Sequence record: LT986467.1
Length of the DNA stretch: 32,000 bases
Direction: 5' to 3' (one strand)
Made by a program: the position numbers and the translations under genes. Position 1 is the stretch's first letter; every line of letters begins with the position of its first letter. Under the pieces are notes generated by a model. That model did no database searches and was not told the DNA's origin. It was given only the letters and a program-made list of their open reading frames with translations. This document shows, piece by piece, positions 13,477-24,712 of the stretch.

Positions 13477-13485
13477 TACTTATAT
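13477..13485 (-). promoter_or_regulatory. Nonanucleotide promoter ATATAAGTA upstream of ATP9-trnS-VAR1
   Basis: Plus strand tacttatat lies about 410 nt upstream of the ATP9 ATG. Confidence 0.6.
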
Positions 13486-14119
13486 TAATATTAATAATAA
13501 AAATATTAATATTTATATACTAATACTCTTATTTATTATATATAAATAATTTAATTTAATCATAAAAATATATTAATTGATATTTAATAATATATTTATT
13601 AAAAAAAATTATCTATTAAAATAATTAATAATATTATTTATTATAAATATAAAATATAATTATCTTTATTTATTAATATAATAAAATATATAAACCCCAC
13701 GCCAAATCCGTTGTTCATATACACCAAATTGATCCCATAGGAAAATAAAAATAAGAATAATAATTATAAAAATATAAAACCTATAATATATTTAATTATA
13801 AATAAATATATAATATTTTATTAAGTTTATTTTATTATTATTATAAAATTAAAGAAATAAAAAGAATATAATTTTTTTAAGCCTATATTATATATATATA
13901 TATATATATATGTATAAAGATAAATAAATAATAACAATTATAAAGTTATAAAAGAATTAATATTATAACCCTCACTATTATATTATATTATATTATATTA
14001 TATTATATTATATTATATTATTATTATTATATTATATTATATTATATTATATTATTATTATTATTATATTATATTATATTAATTGGGACCAATCCGGTGA
14101 ACAACGGGGTTGGCGCCCA

Positions 14120-14160
<41 letters not shown>

Positions 14161-14503
14161 GGAAAAATTTATTATTATTATTATTAAATTACAACATTTT
14201 AATAATAATAAAGAAATTATAAATAAAAATATATTCATTATTATAATTATATATACCTTACTAATCATGTGAATCACCGTAGGATTAAATATTAAATATT
14301 AAATAGACGGAATATAATAAAAAGAAATAATTTTATTATTTCATAATTTATTATTATTATATATAATATTTATTAAGAATATATATATTTATATATATAT
14401 ATATATCTTATTTTTATTTTTTTTATGATATAATTTATATTTTAATAATATTATTATATATTAATATATATAATATATTATTAATTATTATTTATATTTG
14501 AGG

Positions 14504-14840
14504 TGGGGGTCCCAATTATTATTTTCAATAATAATTTATTATGGGACCCGGATTTCTTCTTGTTCTTATTTATTATATTATTTATTTGATTATTATTTAA
14601 TATTATAATTTATTTTATTCAATTTATTATATCGTTTATACTCCTACGGGGTTCCCAGTGGGGACTTTTATTTATATTATATAATTAATTATTTTATAAT
14701 TATTATATATTAGTTATATTATAAAATATTAACTAATGTGTGCTTTATATATATTTAATAGTTTGGTTATTGATCACCCACCCCCTCCCCCTATTACGTC
14801 TCCGAGGTCCCGGTTTCGTAAGAAACCGGGACTTATATAT
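14504..14840 (-). other. ori-like element with clusters A, B, C; promoter split by a GC cluster
   Basis: A/B reads tgggggtcccaattattattttcaataataatttattatgggacccgg (14504-14552). An inserted cluster lies at 14641-14668. Cluster C is cacccaccccctccccct (14775-14792). The block gtctccgaggtcccggtttcgtaagaaaccgggac (14798-14832) separates ctattac from ttatatat. Confidence 0.8.
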
Positions 14841-15350
14841 TAGTAAATAAAAAATATAACAATACTTATAAAAAATCATAATTTATTTAAACTTATTATA
14901 ATAAAATATTTATTAATAATAAAAATAATAATATATATAATATATCTATAATATTTTTATTATTATTATTTATAATAACAAGGGATTCCAATCTCCGTAT
15001 CAGTGGATTTAAATAATTATAATTAAAGTAAATAAATATAAAATAATTATTATAATATTAATTAATACCAATTAATTTTAATTTTATTAAAGAATCAATA
15101 AAATAAATATTAAAAATTATATTTATAATTATATTAAAAATTAATTATTAATAGTTTTATGTATTTATGATAATTAATTCTAAAGTAATTTTATATTATC
15201 AATAGTAATAATCATTAATATATATATATATATATAAAGAACTTTATATTAAATTTTATATTTAATGAATACTTTTATATTTTTTTTTTATAAATAAAAA
15301 TAATAAGATTATATAATAGTTATACTTCATGATAATTTATTATTTGTAAG

Positions 15351-15410
15351 AAATGAAATGAAATGAAATGAAATGAAATGAAATGAAATGAAATGAAATG
15401 AAATGAAATG
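15351..15410. repeat. Pentanucleotide microsatellite (AAATG)12
   Basis: There are twelve perfect aaatg units, followed by degenerate units up to about 15430. Confidence 0.95.
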
Positions 15411-15741
15411 AAATAAGATGAAATAAAATAAAAAAGAATAATGATAATAATAATTAATAAATTTATAATATATTAAATAATAATATATATATTAATATAT
15501 ATAATTATATGATAAAATAATAGGTAAGTTATAATTCAATTTATTTGTATTATATTATTCATTGGTTTATATTGATTTAATGAGTATATTATTTCATTAT
15601 TAATTAATTAATTTATATTTATTTTTACATTATAGACATTAATATTATTCGATTAATTTGAATAACCGAATTAATTGTATTTAATTTAATATAATATATT
15701 AAGGTTTTATAAAAAGGGTAAATTAGATATATATTATTATA

Positions 15742-15753
15742 AAGAATATTATT
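15742..15753 (-). promoter_or_regulatory. 3' processing dodecamer of COB mRNA
   Basis: Exact aagaatattatt lies 110 nt downstream of the COB stop. Confidence 0.8.
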
Positions 15754-15862
15754 AAAGTATTATTATTAATAATAATATTTATTATTAATAATAATTTATA
15801 TATATATCAATGTATTAATGTATATTATTAAAAAATAATTAATTATATAATTATTTATTTAT

Positions 15863-16213
15863 TTATTTATTAACTCTACCAATATAGAATAAAACATTTT
15901 CAATAGTAGAGATAACAGGTACAATAATTAAGAAATATGCGAAGTAGATAAATGTAGCGATTTGTCCCATTAAGACATAAGGTACTTCTACATGGCATGC
16001 TCCAATTTGTCCTAATAATACGAAATTGAATACAAAGATAAAGAAGAAGAATTTAGATAATACTTTAAAAGTATTACCTCTTACTACACTTCTATCAGTA
16101 AATGGTAAAACTAATAATACTAAAATAGCTGCAAACATTAGAATAACTCCTAATAATTTATCAGGAATAGATCTTAAAATAGCATAGAATGGTAATAAGT
16201 ATCATTCAGGTAC
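15863..16213 (-). CDS. COB: Cytochrome b exon 6 (351 nt including stop)
   Basis: It reads [116 protein letters not shown]. The boundary has a 1-nt ambiguity because a T is repeated at both junctions. Confidence 0.93.
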
Positions 16214-16962
16214 ACAATTTATATATGTTAACATAAGATTATTTAATATCTTATCTCAATAATTTTCATTATTGTTCAGACTATGTCATTAATTTATAAT
16301 AAAAGATTACAACTTTTGATATTTTATAATATATATAATATATATATTTTATTTTATATATAATATATATTAATATTAAAAATAAAAAAAAAAATTAATA
16401 ATCTATTCTTTATTTAAAAATAATTTATAAATTAATTGGTTTTCGTGGAAAGGTATTACTATCTCAGTTCACTTTCTAGTCGTTGAACGTTTTTATATCT
16501 TATATTATATTAATATTATTATTATTATTATATATATATATTAATATATAATATAGAGATGATATAAACTTCGCTGCAAGTTGTCATAGTATTATTTATT
16601 TATTAATACCTTAGATTTTCTTGACAATTAACCAATTTTTAATCATTAAACTTCTTATAGGATTACCACGAAGCGGAAACTTAAGAATATTTAATGCTAC
16701 TGTACTTTTTATTATTATTTATTATTAATTAATTAATTAATTAATTTATTTATTTATTATAATTTTTCATATATTTAATATAATATATTAAATATAAATT
16801 CTAAAGGAATATATATAAATAATTATATTTTATTAATAGAATTTTTATAAAATAAATAAATATATTTTTATTAATAATTATTATTTATTTTTTTTTTATA
16901 TAAAATAAATAATAAAAAAAATAAGATTAAATAATAATAATTTTATTAATATTTTTAATATC
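16214..16962 (-). mobile_element. COB intron 5 (bI5-like group I intron, no ORF)
   Basis: It lies between exons encoding ...TPASI and VPEWY.... There is no long ORF. Structured GC-containing core segments occur at about 16440-16500 and 16560-16690. Confidence 0.8.
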
Positions 16963-17013
16963 AATAGATGCTGGTGTTACTAAAGGATTACCAGGGATAT
17001 AGTTATCAGGATG
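16963..17013 (-). CDS. COB: Cytochrome b exon 5 (51 nt)
   Basis: CATCCTGATAACTATATCCCTGGTAATCCTTTAGTAACACCAGCATCTATT encodes HPDNYIPGNPLVTPASI. The preceding intron ends in G. Confidence 0.9.
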
Positions 17014-17080
17014 CTTTTATAATAAATATAAAATGGACTATATCTTCATAAAAATTTATATTACACTATCCTATTTCATC

Positions 17081-17152
17081 GTCCCGCCCGCAGGGTGGGC
17101 GGGGGGGGGGGCGGAACTACCCGCGACCCACCCACCCACTGGTCGCGGGTGG
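17081..17152. repeat. GC cluster inside intron bI4, 3' of the maturase ORF
   Basis: The sequence is gtcccgcccgcagggtgggcggggggggggggcggaactacccgcgacccacccacccactggtcgcgggtgg. It contains an 11-G run and two perfect hairpins: CCCGCCC/GGGCGGG and ACCCGCGACC/GGTCGCGGGT. Confidence 0.85.
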
Positions 17153-17353
17153 TTTCTTTCATAAACTATTATTATTTATTCAATCATGTTTAATGATCAG
17201 AATTTTATTTAATAAGATTGTAAAAATATAATCTACCGATTCATAATAATTTATATTATCTTTAACAATAATTTACAAAGATGTTATATTATTATAAAGG
17301 AATCTTTAAATATTTTATAAATTAGAGAATATAATAATGAATACGGAGAAAAT

Positions 17354-18514
17354 TTAATTATTATTTCATTTTTCATTAAATTTTAATCAAGCTTTATATA
17401 AAGCTGTATTATGAGGTGCTTTAAAAGCTAATAAATCATATAAATAATAAAATTTATCAATTAAAAATAAACGTTTACCTTTATTAGATTTAGAAGGACA
17501 ACTTTTATTATAAAGATAAAAAATATTATGTAATTCTTTATTATTAATAGATCATTTAAAATAACCATTTTGAGCTTTATCAAAATAAATATTACCACCA
17601 AATACTTCTCTATAGTATTCAACATCATGTAAATATTTATTTGTAACGCTAATAGTTAATTGAGGTCTAATTTTTAATTTACCGGAATAATAATAATTAA
17701 TAGTACCATCAGCATCAAAGAACCCTATAAATCAAGCATTATCTTTAGTTAATTTAATAGGTTCTTTAAAATCGATATTTAATAAAATACATACTTTATT
17801 AAATTGTACTAATCTTTTACTATTACGAATATTACCATTAACGGCATTAATTAATTTAATTATACCTTCTTTATTTTGTAATCTATATCTAATAGCCTTA
17901 ACACCTGATCTTAATTTTACAGAACCACCCAATTTATCTTGGATTTGTCTTAACATTTTTTCATCTTTTAATTCTACAAGAATTTCACAAGATGCATATT
18001 TATTTTTAGTAATACAAAAATAACCATCTCCGTCAATTAAACCGGCCAATCATTGGTTAAATCTAATATTACTATCTTTATAAATACTATAATGTCTTTT
18101 AAGAATAATTTGATTTATTTTTTTTATATTAAAAATATTTAATAAATAATTAAATTTATTTTTAAGTGTGCGTGTAGTCTCTGAAGTATCTACTAACAAA
18201 TTCTTTTTATTACTCGTTAAGTGAGTATTAGAAGAATTTATATTGGTTACCTGCTGATTATCTTCTTTATAATAATATTTTACTCTATCGGGATTTAATA
18301 AATCACTTACAATATTTATTTTATTATATTGCTTTGTTCAATTAAATTTTAATACGAAATTATTTAATTGTTTTGTATTTAAAATATTTTGAATAATAAA
18401 ATAATATAGAGTTTTATTATAAATTTTTCATTGATATTTAATAAATAAAGATTTCCAGCATACAGCACATAAAATATTAATTACATATGTAATTAATAAT
18501 AAGGCCATATTTTG
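17354..18514 (-). CDS. BI4: bI4 LAGLIDADG maturase ORF, in frame with COB exons 1-4
   Basis: It reads QNMALLLITYVINILCAVCWKSLFIKYQWKIYNKTTYYFIIQNILNTKQLNNF...QWLAGLIDGDGYFCITKNKYASCEI...DNAWFMGFFDADGTINYYYSGKLK...ALYKAWLKFNEKWNNN*. I checked the central stretch (18050-18430) triplet by triplet and confirmed frame continuity to both ends; no in-frame stop seen. Confidence 0.92.
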
Positions 18515-18764
18515 ACCTAAAGTATTAGGTGAATAGAATACAAATAATGCTAAAATTAACATAAATAAGAAAACAGTTACTAAATCTTTAAAAATAAAGT
18601 ATGAATGCATTGGAATTCTATCTAAATTACCTGTAATACCTAATGGATTAGATGAACCATGAATATGTAATGCCATTAAATGCATAATAACCATTGCTGC
18701 AATAATAAAAGGTACTAAGTAATGTAACGCAAAGAATCTTTGGATTAGAGGGTTAGATACTGAG
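18515..18764 (-). CDS. COB: Cytochrome b exon 4 (250 nt)
   Basis: C TCA GTA TCT AAC CCT CTA ATC CAA AGA... encodes (F)[83 protein letters not shown]. Confidence 0.93.
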
Positions 18765-19161
18765 CTTTTAATGTTTAAATAGTTACATATTTGAAAACTA
18801 TTATCAATATATCACTATATTGTTCGGACTATATCTTAATCCTATTTATGTATATATATAATTATATATAAATATATATAAATGATTATATATTAATCAT
18901 AATATTTGTTTATAAAAAAAAAAGATTAATATTACTTCTAAAGTTTTTATTTCTTATTTATTAATCATAAATTATAATTAATAAAATTATACTTTTTAAT
19001 TTATAGTTTCGATATTCTAAAATAGAAATAAAATACCATAAAAGGATAAGATTTTTATTATTAATAAAAATTAATAATGAAGGAGAAAATAAATATAATA
19101 AAATAATAAATAGTTCAAAGGAATTATTTATTGATAATAATATATTTAATATATAATTAAA

Positions 19162-19247
19162 CTCCTTCGGGGTTCGGTCCCCCTCCCGTATACTTACGGG
19201 AGGGGTCCCTCACTCCTTTGGGGTCCGCCCCCGCGGGCGGGCCGGAC
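19162..19247. repeat. Composite GC cluster inside intron bI3
   Basis: The sequence is ctccttcggggttcggtccccctcccgtatacttacgggaggggtccctcactcctttggggtccgcccccgcgggcgggccggac. Confidence 0.85.
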
Positions 19248-19339
19248 TATATTTATAATAAATAATTGTATATAAATTATATTTTGTTTATATATTTATA
19301 TAATATATAAATATATTATTATTATATTTTTATATAAGA

Positions 19340-20387
19340 TTAATATTTATTAGGGATTTTAAAATAATTATTATATTTAAGAATAAGACGTAAATCTTTT
19401 AAGAATAATAAATATTGTAATTTTTTATAACCTAATAATTTAATAGGGTTATTATTAATAAATATTACAACATTTTTAATACCATTAATACTTTTAAGTG
19501 TTATTCTTGAATTATTAAATTTATCTGTATAAATATTTTGAGTAATTTTTAAATATGATTTAATAGCTAATATAACTTCTATACTATTATTTTGAGATAC
19601 TTCAAAACTAGCAAGTTTTATTTTTTTATTTATAGGTTTATAAATACTAAAACAACTTTCAGCTTCAAAAAAACCAATTAATCATGAAGAAAAATAATTT
19701 TTATTTAAAATATCTTCAATAGTATTAAATGGTTTAATAGGACGTAAATAATAAGATAAATCATTATAATATTTAATATTTTTTAATAAATTATCTTTAA
19801 AATATAAATAATCATAATATTTATTAGTTAATATAGGATATTTATCAAAAATAGGAATAATAATATTCTTTAAATGATTTTTATTTCTTACATTAAATTT
19901 ACATATTTCTTTAATAGTACCATCTTTTATTTTTAATTTTTTAATTGATACTTTACCAATACCTAAAATATTTTTAATTTTATATAATAATTGAATATCT
20001 CTAATATGTATTTCAATACCTAATTCATATAATAAATATTTACCTTTTTTTGAAATAGTAATTCAACCATCTCCTTCAAATAAACCAACAATATATGCAT
20101 AAATAGGATTATCTGTGTTTAATTTATGATTTTTATCATAAATAATAGTATTATTTATATAATAACTATAAAGTCTCTGAATAATTAATTTTATATATAT
20201 ATATATATTAATTACTGCTAATTTTCTTCTTATAATAAATATTTTAACTATATTATTTTTATTTCAAATTATATTATTATAAATAATTAATTGAATAATA
20301 TAGTAATTTATTATTCAAATGAAGATATTTCAGCATAAAACAGATTTATTTAATATTATATTACTATAATATGGATCCTCTATATTA
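19340..20387 (-). CDS. BI3: bI3 LAGLIDADG maturase ORF, in frame with COB exon 3
   Basis: I checked every triplet from 19340 to 20392 and found no in-frame TAA or TAG. The motifs are YIVGLFEGDGWITISKKGKYLLYELGIE and SSWLIGFFEAESCFSIYKP. It ends ...YFKIPNKY*. Confidence 0.9.
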
Positions 20388-20464
20388 AACCCACCTCATA
20401 ATCAAGATACAATATCGTTACCTACAAATGGAATTGCTGAGAATAAATTAGTAATAACTAGTGC
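20388..20464 (-). CDS. COB: Cytochrome b exon 3 (77 nt)
   Basis: GCA CTA GTT ATT ACT AAT TTA TTC TCA GCA ATT CCA TTT GTA GGT AAC GAT ATT GTA TCT TGA TTA TGA GGT GGG TT encodes [25 protein letters not shown](F). Confidence 0.92.
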
Positions 20465-21869
20465 CAAGAAAATAATATTATTTATAAATTATTATTATTT
20501 TTTAATAATAATAATCTCAATATTTATTGATTTATTAATATAAATAATACCCTGTATTTAATAATATCTACCCTTTTTATAATTCCATTTAATCACTATT
20601 TTCTCTTATGAATAAATATTTATACCTAATAATACCATAATATAAATATTATATATAAATGTTATATATAAATGTTATATATAAATGTTATGATGGGGTT
20701 ATTATTATAAAAATATTAATCATAATAATTATAATTCATTATTTATATATTAATTAGGTAAATGGAATAATAACAGTAGTTATATATATAATATATATAT
20801 ATAGATTATTAAACCTTGTGTTATAATAATAATATTATAAATTTTCTTCGAATAAACATTAAATATTATTATTTTTTTTTATAATAATACCTATTATTGG
20901 TGTATTCTGTTGGGATCATATAATTATATAACCCACTGTCTTGTTACTTAATAATATAATTTTGACATGTTTTCAATAATATCGCATTATAATAATATAA
21001 TAATTAATATAATACTATATATTTTATTATAAATAATTACCTAATTTATATTTTATACTAGGAATAATATAAGGAGATACAATTTTAGTTAAAATAGGTA
21101 TAGATTCTTTTCATACATAAATAACAAATTGTGTATTTTCTTTATTGCCTTTATGAATAGTAGATTTAATATTATATTTATTATGTAATAAATAAAGTAA
21201 ATATTGAACATCTTTATAACTAAAACAATTAGTTGCGAATTTTAAACCTTTACCTAATTTACATCCATCATCTATAATTCAAATAGCTAAAGCTAAAGGA
21301 GTTAAATAATTGTCTAAAGATTTAGGAATAACTTTAATATTACCTTTTCCAGATGTATTTTTAATATACCATTCTGAATAAATCATATTAAATGAATCAT
21401 AAGTTCATGTATTAAATTTTAAATATTGTCTAATTTTACCTTTTTTACCTAATCTAGTTTTAATTAAAGGTAAATTAGTATTACAATAACCTAAATTAGC
21501 TAATAAACTATGTAAATAATATAAATAATTAATATTACAATATTCTTGTTGAAATACAATTCTTGTTCCTTTACCACCTTTTCTTTTTTCAGCATGACCA
21601 TCTCCTAATATTGAACCATAAATAATTGATAAAATGTCTATATTTAATGGACCAATATTATTATTTATATCTTTCTTATTTGTTATATTTAAATTAATTA
21701 TATATTTATTTTTATTAATATAATCTATACTCTTAATTAATATAAGATATTCTTTAGTTTTTATTATTTGTCTTATCATAATCGTATAAAAAATATAAAT
21801 TAATAATATTAACATTATTATATAAATTAGTTTTATTATATTAAATATATTTGAGGCGATATTTATATT
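20465..21869 (-). mobile_element. COB intron 2 (bI2-like group I intron, 1405 nt) with maturase ORF
   Basis: It follows the 14-nt exon 2, which ends in T. The intron ends in G just before GCACTAGTT. Confidence 0.88.
21027..21869 (-). CDS. BI2: bI2 LAGLIDADG maturase/endonuclease ORF, in frame with COB exon 2
   Basis: It reads ...IYGSILGDGHAEKRKGGKGTRIVFQQEYCNINYLYYLHSLLANLGYCNTNLPLIKTRLGKKGKIRQYLKFNTWTYDSFNMIYSEWY...LTPLALAIWIMDDGCKLGKGLKFATNCFSYKDVQYL...PYIIPSMKYKLGNYL*. I confirmed the frame at both ends. Confidence 0.9.
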
Positions 21870-21883
21870 ACCTCAATGTGACA
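21870..21883 (-). CDS. COB: Cytochrome b exon 2 (14-nt mini-exon)
   Basis: TGTCACATTGAGGT completes the codons (A)TG TCA CAT TGA GGT, which encode MSHWG. Confidence 0.9.
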
Positions 21884-22661
21884 ATTGTGATAGGTAGATC
21901 TTTACAAATTTTCCCCCACTCAGAACTGTACGTACTACTTTCATAGTATACAGCTCAAACAATTTATATACTATATAAATCATCCTATATTGAAGTTAGC
22001 ATGCTTTCACATTAATCATTTATTCGTTATTATTATTAATTAATTAATTAATTAATTAATAATAATATTAACCATTATTAATATATTTTTATTAAAATAT
22101 ATAAATAATTTGATCTATATTATACATTACATATAATCTTTAGCTTTTTCAATAGTCTTTTACCCACTTATCTTTATTATAATTTCTATTATTATTTATT
22201 TAATAATATTATATATAACTACCATATAATATTTATATTAATATTTATATTAATATTATATGGAAATAATTGGGCTTACCAAGTTTATATTATTATACTT
22301 TCAATAATTCACTTAGGATTCTAATTTTATACCGATGAGTATTAACGTATATATATGTATTCTAGACAGAATTGAATATCTTACTTCTCATATAATTATT
22401 TTTATTTATTATTATTTATTAATTAATAATAGAAAAATATTGTTTATGTTACGATATTTTATAATATTAGATTGACTTACGCTATCCATATGAATCTTAC
22501 CTTAATAATTAATAATAATTATTATTATTAGAGTTTCATACAAAATTATTACTAATAATGCATGTCTAATTAGGTATATGTTATATATAAACATAATCAT
22601 TTCATTAAAATAATTTATTTAATGGTATGATATTATAATAATATACTTATACTTGTCTCAC
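21884..22661 (-). mobile_element. COB intron 1 (bI1-like group II intron, 778 nt, no ORF)
   Basis: The 5' end GTGAGA fits the group II consensus GUGYG. Domain V is GAGCTGTATACTATGAAAGTAGTACGTACAGTTC (revcomp of 21923-21956). It is followed by a domain VI-like hairpin. The 3' end is ...CACAAT. Confidence 0.88.
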
Positions 22662-23055
22662 TCTGTCCATAAACACAACAATAACCTAAAAAAGCTGTAG
22701 CAATAGTTAAAATGAAAATAATTACACCTACATTTCATAATAGTACTCTTGGTGATCTATATGAACCATAATATAAACCTTTAGCCATATGCATAAACAT
22801 TACCATAAAAAAGAATGATGCACCATTTGCATGTAAATATCTTAAAATATAACCTGAATGAACATCTCTTATAATATGTTCAACAGATGAAAAAGCTAAT
22901 TCAATATTAGATGAATAATGCATAGCTATAAAAATACCAGTTAAAATTTGAATAACTAAACATAATCCTAATAATGAACCCATATTTCATCAATAATTAA
23001 TTGATGATGGTTGTGGTGAATCAATAACATAACTATTCACTAAACTTAAATATAC
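22662..23055 (-). CDS. COB: Cytochrome b exon 1, annotated from the first in-frame ATG; the canonical ATG at 23074 is out of frame by 2 nt
   Basis: The in-frame reading is [49 protein letters not shown]...[32 protein letters not shown](M). ATG GCA TTT AGA AAA TCA AAT G (MAFRKSN) is present at 23074-23053. In that frame the reading stops after 13 codons. Confidence 0.85.
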
Positions 23056-23761
23056 ATTTGATTTTCTAAATGCCATACTCTTATTTTTTTACTTTTTATA
23101 ATATTAATAAATTTTATATATTTATTTACTTAATATTATATATATATTAATTAACAATATATAAAATATATATTATTAATTAATACTTATTATATATATA
23201 TATATTTATAATTATATATATAATTATATTATAATATAATATAATATAATATAAAATAAATTATTAAAATGTCTTATTTATATATATATATATCTATACT
23301 TTTTTATATATAAATTTATTAATGACATTTATCATTCTTTCATTATATAATCTATAAATAATTTTATAAATTATAATTATTATCTTATTAAATATTTATT
23401 TATATTATCATAATTATTAATTAATTAATTAATAATATTTTTAATATTTATTTTTATATTTTTATAATAATAATTAATAATATTGATCATTATATTAATC
23501 ATATTATTATTATTTTTTATAATATAATTTATATTAATATAAATTATGAAAGAAAGATTTTTATATTTATAACTCTTTATAAATTTTATTTAAAAAAAAG
23601 GTATTATAATATTAATTATTCTTATATAATTTATTAAAATTGTTATTATTATTATATTAATAAAAAAAATATATTAGTAATATGTTATTTATATTATTAT
23701 TAATTTATATCCTATAAATATACAATAATTATAGAATGAATAAATAAATAAATAAATAAAT

Positions 23762-23848
23762 AACGAGGGGTTCGGTCACCCCTCCCTAACGGGGAGGGGG
23801 TCCCTCACTCCTACCGGGGTTCCGGTTCCCGTAACCGGGCCCCGGAAC
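23762..23848. repeat. Composite GC cluster, copy 1, in the trnE-COB leader
   Basis: The sequence is aacgaggggttcggtcacccctccctaacggggagggggtccctcactcctaccggggttccggttcccgtaaccgggccccggaac. Confidence 0.9.
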
Positions 23849-24599
23849 TAAATAAATAAATAAATGAATGAATTAATTAATTAATAACAATTATTATTAT
23901 TATTATTTATTAAATATTTTATATTATTAAAAATATAAAGTTAATAATATAATATTTATATTTTAATATTTTTTAAGATAATTAAATAATATTAATCATT
24001 ATATTAATATTAATGATATTATTATTATTTTATAATAATTAATATAAATTATGAAAGAAAGATTTTTATATTATCTATGATACTAATACCAATATTATGT
24101 ATATAAACATAAACAATTGAATTGGTATTGGTGGAATTTATATAATATTAATAATTTTTATACAATTTATTAAAATTGTTATTATTATTATTATATTAAC
24201 AATAATTAATATATTGTTAATATATTATTTATATCATTATTAATCTATATTCTATAAAATTATAATTATTATAATTTATAATTATATAATTATAAAAAAG
24301 ATAATATAAATTATTATATATTTATATATTATATAAAAATATATAATAATTAATAGAATTAATTAATAACAATTATTATTATTATTATTATACATAAATA
24401 TTATTTATATAATTTATTATAATATTTATTAATATTAAATATTATAATGATAAATATATTATATATTTTATTATAGTATAATAACAATCGGTATTTATTA
24501 TTATAAATATATTATTAAAAAAAAAATAAATAAATAAATATATACATTAAAATGTATTTTATATAATGTATATTATTTATAATTATTAATTAAATAAAT

Positions 24600-24686
24600 A
24601 ACGAGGGGTTCGGTCACCCCTCCCTCACGGGAGGGGGTCCCTCACTCCTATCGGGGTTCCGGTTCCCGTAACCGGGCCCCGGAACT
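24600..24686. repeat. Composite GC cluster, copy 2 (near-identical to 23762-23848)
   Basis: The sequence is aacgaggggttcggtcacccctccctcacgggagggggtccctcactcctatcggggttccggttcccgtaaccgggccccggaac. Confidence 0.9.
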
Positions 24687-24712
24687 AAATAAATATATAT
24701 AATTTATATATA

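Larger units (their letters stand above)
17014..18514 (-). mobile_element. COB intron 4 (bI4-like group I intron, 1501 nt) carrying a maturase ORF and a GC-cluster insertion
   Basis: The upstream exon ends in T (GGT). The intron ends in G just before CATCCT. The ORF continues in frame from exon 4. Confidence 0.88.
18765..20387 (-). mobile_element. COB intron 3 (bI3-like group I intron, 1623 nt) with maturase ORF
   Basis: The upstream exon ends ...GGT GGG TT. The intron ends ...AAAAG just before C TCA GTA. A GC cluster lies at 19162-19247, downstream of the ORF stop. Confidence 0.88.

Noticed and set aside
16213-16964. Exact bI5 splice junctions
   Set aside because: A T is repeated at both junctions, so the boundaries can slide by 1 nt. 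The placement with 5' exon ...TCTAT and intron ...AAATTG satisfies both the U at -1 and the terminal G. I kept the phase-0 annotation. The spliced mRNA is the same in either case.
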